From positions 1 to 39,577 of the forward strand of contig JAUCBJ010005793.1 of assembly GCA_032718475.1 (NCBI GenBank): DNA of 39,577 nt, read 5' to 3'. This document shows positions 36,601 to 39,577 of the stretch, one piece after another. Below the pieces are notes generated by a model. It searched no databases and was not told the origin of the DNA. It saw only the letters and a list, made by a program, of their open reading frames with translations. Every line of letters starts with the position of its first letter. Position 1 is the first letter of the stretch. This stretch comes from Nemertoderma westbladi. Lineage: Eukaryota > Animalia > Xenacoelomorpha. The position numbers were made by a program, and so were the translations under genes.

Positions 36601-37306
36601 TTTATTGCCCTATATGATATCAACAACGACAGATCATTGAGTTTTGAGGAATTTTTAACGGCAATGGCGCCGAAGGTTGGCTATAATTAATACTGTACTT
36701 GATACTTTTTTTTTGGGGGGAATTCAGGGATAATTTTGTATTTTATTAGGTCAGTAGGTACTGCTAAAAAGTAGAGTAGACCTTGGAGGCTACGCGACCG
36801 TGACATACAAGCCCCTACATGTAAGTCCTACCAGTGGACCATTACAGTGTAAGACTCAGTGAGATGAAAGTAATTTGTGGTCTCCCTGTACCTATTGTGC
36901 TACTGTATGGTCGTTTGTGCGATCTCACCTGCCATTACTCATCTACATTATGTACATCCTGTTCTACCTACAGTATAAGGTTACATAATATTTCCATTGT
37001 CGTTTAAAAGCCTTTACGGAATTATGCACGGCCGGTATACAGTAGTAGGCATTCCCGATTGTATTCTTTCAGGTTATCTCAAGCCGTTTCACCGAATCGA
37101 ATCTCCAACAAGCCTTCGATTATTTCGACAAAGATAAAGACTCCTTGATTAGCTTCCAAGAATTCCAATCGTGTATGAATAGTTTAGGTATGGATTATAG
37201 CGAAAGGGAAGCCAGAGACGCCTATATTCGTGCTGATAAGGACTCCAGCGGAATGATTAACTTCTCGGAGTTCTACAGAATGATGAAATCCAGCATTCCG
37301 TTATGA
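33613..37306 (+). CDS. Calmodulin-like four-EF-hand protein, 3 coding exons, ~171 aa
   Basis: Exons 33613-33746, 36528-36675 and 37073-37306 join in frame across GT-AG introns (acceptors TTTTGCAG, TCTTTCAG). Loops: DKDRNKRIDSKE, DINNDRSLSFEE, DKDKDSLISFQE, DKDSSGMINFSE. The start is uncertain (alternative ATG at 33670 or an upstream exon). Confidence 0.9.
33885..36506. mobile_element. Degenerate hAT (Tip100-type) non-autonomous element filling intron 1
   Basis: Ends CAGTGCCGCATT and (reverse complement) CAAGGTCGGATT, GGGCCC-rich subterminal motifs on both sides, TSD ATTAAACA/ATTAAACT (7/8 match). Confidence 0.7.
34332..35900. mobile_element. TTAA-flanked (piggyBac-like) non-autonomous element with internal ~163-bp tandem array
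   Basis: TTAA|TCCTATTA...TAATAGGG|TTAA. Both ends carry G(n)TCAATATGAC(n) palindromes. Five diverged units have AAACTTG near 34668, 34828, 34992, 35154 and 35317. Confidence 0.8.
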
Positions 37307-37653
37307 ACTATCTTCTCCATTTTTATTAAGTTTTTATATCAATATCATTAACATAAATTTATTATATTTTTCTGTTAAACCCTATATTATATTTATATAC
37401 AACAGAATAACATATCAGGTAAATAATAATGGCAATACTAAAGACGATACTTAATTAATTATCACCCCGTAATAATATCACACATCTCGAAGTCGGGGAG
37501 TGTTTTGTTCAGGTGGAGGTGAGACTTGCATGTTTGTTACAACGTTACAGTCCATCAATGTTACCATTAAATACCCTCGACGAGCTCACAACAATATCGA
37601 CAGGAAAACTTAAATAACTACAACATCATGCACTACATTATTTCTCACAGATT

Positions 37654-39330
37654 GGATAGTTCTGAAAGAGGACAATTACCGAAAGCTAACGACAGCTACC
37701 GAAAGTTATGCGAAGGCTGTCGAAAAGTTTAAAGTAGGTGAATAAAGCTAATCCATTTACTGATAGGGGTTCATTTCGCACTTTCAGCGTCCGATATCAT
37801 TCATAAACAAAAAATATATATGGGCTCTAATTCAAATACAGTAATTGCTGTTTTTAATTTCAAATAAACCTTCGCTAAATATACATTCACTGATAATATG
37901 GTACTGTACAACAGTAAGGGTTGTTGTACTACAGTGCTACCACTAGGCTACTGAGTAGCAGTACTCATGTCCACTCTAATCTGCTACCATCAGATTCAGA
38001 CCGGCTACCGTCTGACACCGGGGCGGCGCATTACTGCATTACAGCATTGAGAACTGAAGGATGAAAACCTTACATTACAAACTGAGTGCTGGTAATCAAG
38101 GGATGGTGCAGTGGTGAGGGTCAGAGTAAAACGCGGATCCAGATCCGGGTTCTACATTTAACATTGTCCCTACGGAAGTCGATTTTTTTCTACATTTTTA
38201 TAACTCCCAAAAATAAAACTATAACCTGTTCTATTGAGTTTATTGTTTTGGTTAAAATAACGTGCCGCTGTAATCTGCTTCTTTCCCTTAATTGATAATT
38301 TTGGAATCCGGATCCGCGTTTTACACCTACCCCAGTGGTGAGGCGTACATGTTTTACTATCGCCTTTATCAGTATGGGAAGCATATTACCAATTGGGATG
38401 TCGTTTCAGCCTATTTTAACATATTAACTTAATTTCGCGAATATTTGATTTCGATATTCACCATTTAACGTACCTTTTAAAGGAAAGTAGCAGGTTATAA
38501 TGGCATGCATTTCTAACCAAAACAATAAACTAAATTTAGGAACACAGTTTACAGTAAAACTTGTACTTCTAGGCACTAATTTTTGAATATTAATTTAACA
38601 TTAAACCTATGAGAAGGCTGAAACGACAGCCCAATTGGCAATTTGCATACCGCAAACGAATATCGCTTTAAAAATATTTATAAGAGTTTGTAATGTATAG
38701 GCCATCATTAACGCTGTAATGCACCGCCACCCGGTCAGACGTTAGCGGTTAGCCGGTCTGATGGTAGCAGGGTAGGGTATGGAACCGCAGTAGCCTACTG
38801 TTGTACTAACTAAACTGGTGATCAAGTATTATATTTTTATTTCATTATCCGGACTTTACGCCACCGGCGGCGGCTATATTTAAAATGGTCTGGCGAATCG
38901 AAATCAGGTTTTCAGGTTTACATTATTTGTACCGGTACATTACAAACAGGGTTGATAAAAATCCTGATTACAAATGTTACAGAATGGGCCCATTTGGCAA
39001 AAGTACCGGAATGCAGATGAGGCCTATTGCTGTATTGAAGAAGTCTAGCACTCGAACTGTAGTAGTGTAGTACTGTAGTACTGTAGTAGAGCCCTCTTAC
39101 GGCATACTATGTCAGTCAATTTATATTTCGTGAAGGAATATTTGCAATTAAACGGCAATTATTTGAATTTATACACCCTATCTTTTTTGTTTATAAATGA
39201 TATTGAAAGATGAAAGTGCGAAATGTGCTATCAATGTGAATGGATAGCTTTCACTCCTACTTTAACCTTTTCGATAACTTTCGCGTAGCTTTCGGTAGCT
39301 TTCGGTAATTGTTCTCTTTCAGAACTATCC
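37654..39330. mobile_element. Non-autonomous Mutator-like (MULE) foldback element
   Basis: Ends GGATAGTTCTGAAAGAG / CTCTTTCAGAACTATCC, ~230-bp diverged TIRs, perfect 9-bp TSD TCACAGATT (37645-37653, 39331-39339), and further inverted blocks inside. Confidence 0.9.
38118..38332. mobile_element. Small MULE-type MITE nested in the previous element
   Basis: TIRs GGGTCAGAGTAAAACGCGGATCC / GGATCCGCGTTTTACACCTACCC with 9-bp TSD CAGTGGTGA (38109-38117, 38333-38341). Confidence 0.82.
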
Positions 39331-39577
39331 TCACAGATTGAAATATAGTTATGATTTTTCCCCATGACTAAAAATAAATTTTTTTTACTAATTTAATAAA
39401 TCACTATTTTTAAACAATTCCAATAAAAGGATTAACCTTAAAACCTCCCTTTAATAAAATAACAAATTTATTCCAAGATAAGGATTCGTTATCACTAAAA
39501 TTGTACCTACCACTATGTTAATATTTTAAATCATTACTATAAACCGCCATTAAGAATAAATCAAAGAAGAGAGGAAA

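Noticed and set aside
36835-36890. Hammerhead-like segment in intron 2
   Set aside because: No CUGANGA core and no consistent stem I or III.

Overview
AT-rich eukaryotic window, most likely from an invertebrate animal; I cannot assign the species. Host genes are an intronless BUD31 (29382-29816, -), an intronless B3GALNT2 (26844-28262, -), a three-exon calmodulin-like four-EF-hand gene that the ORF track catches only in exon 1 (33613-37306, +), and a single-exon coiled-coil protein with a tyrosine/proline-motif tail (11464-12429, -). Much of the rest is decayed mobile DNA: three Penelope-like elements (PLEs, one with a minimal hammerhead ribozyme), a Gypsy LTR remnant, RTE and L2/CR1-group LINEs, SINE pieces, and non-autonomous DNA transposons (hAT, Mutator, piggyBac-like, Merlin-like, Harbinger-like), several nested and most with readable target-site duplications. 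Two observations stand out. (1) A GC-rich, spliced, unannotated gene (6620-8035, -) with a C4 zinc-ribbon/OB-fold-like pattern lies in a 2.8-kb unit bounded by 116-bp direct repeats made of PLE sequence. (2) TA-CAG-TA, TA-CTG-TA, TA-GGCC-TA and TA-CCGG-TA motifs are strongly over-represented; four copies read as 5-bp insertions (three break reading frames, one breaks terminal-repeat symmetry), matching Tc1/mariner excision footprints. All alignments and counts were done by eye.
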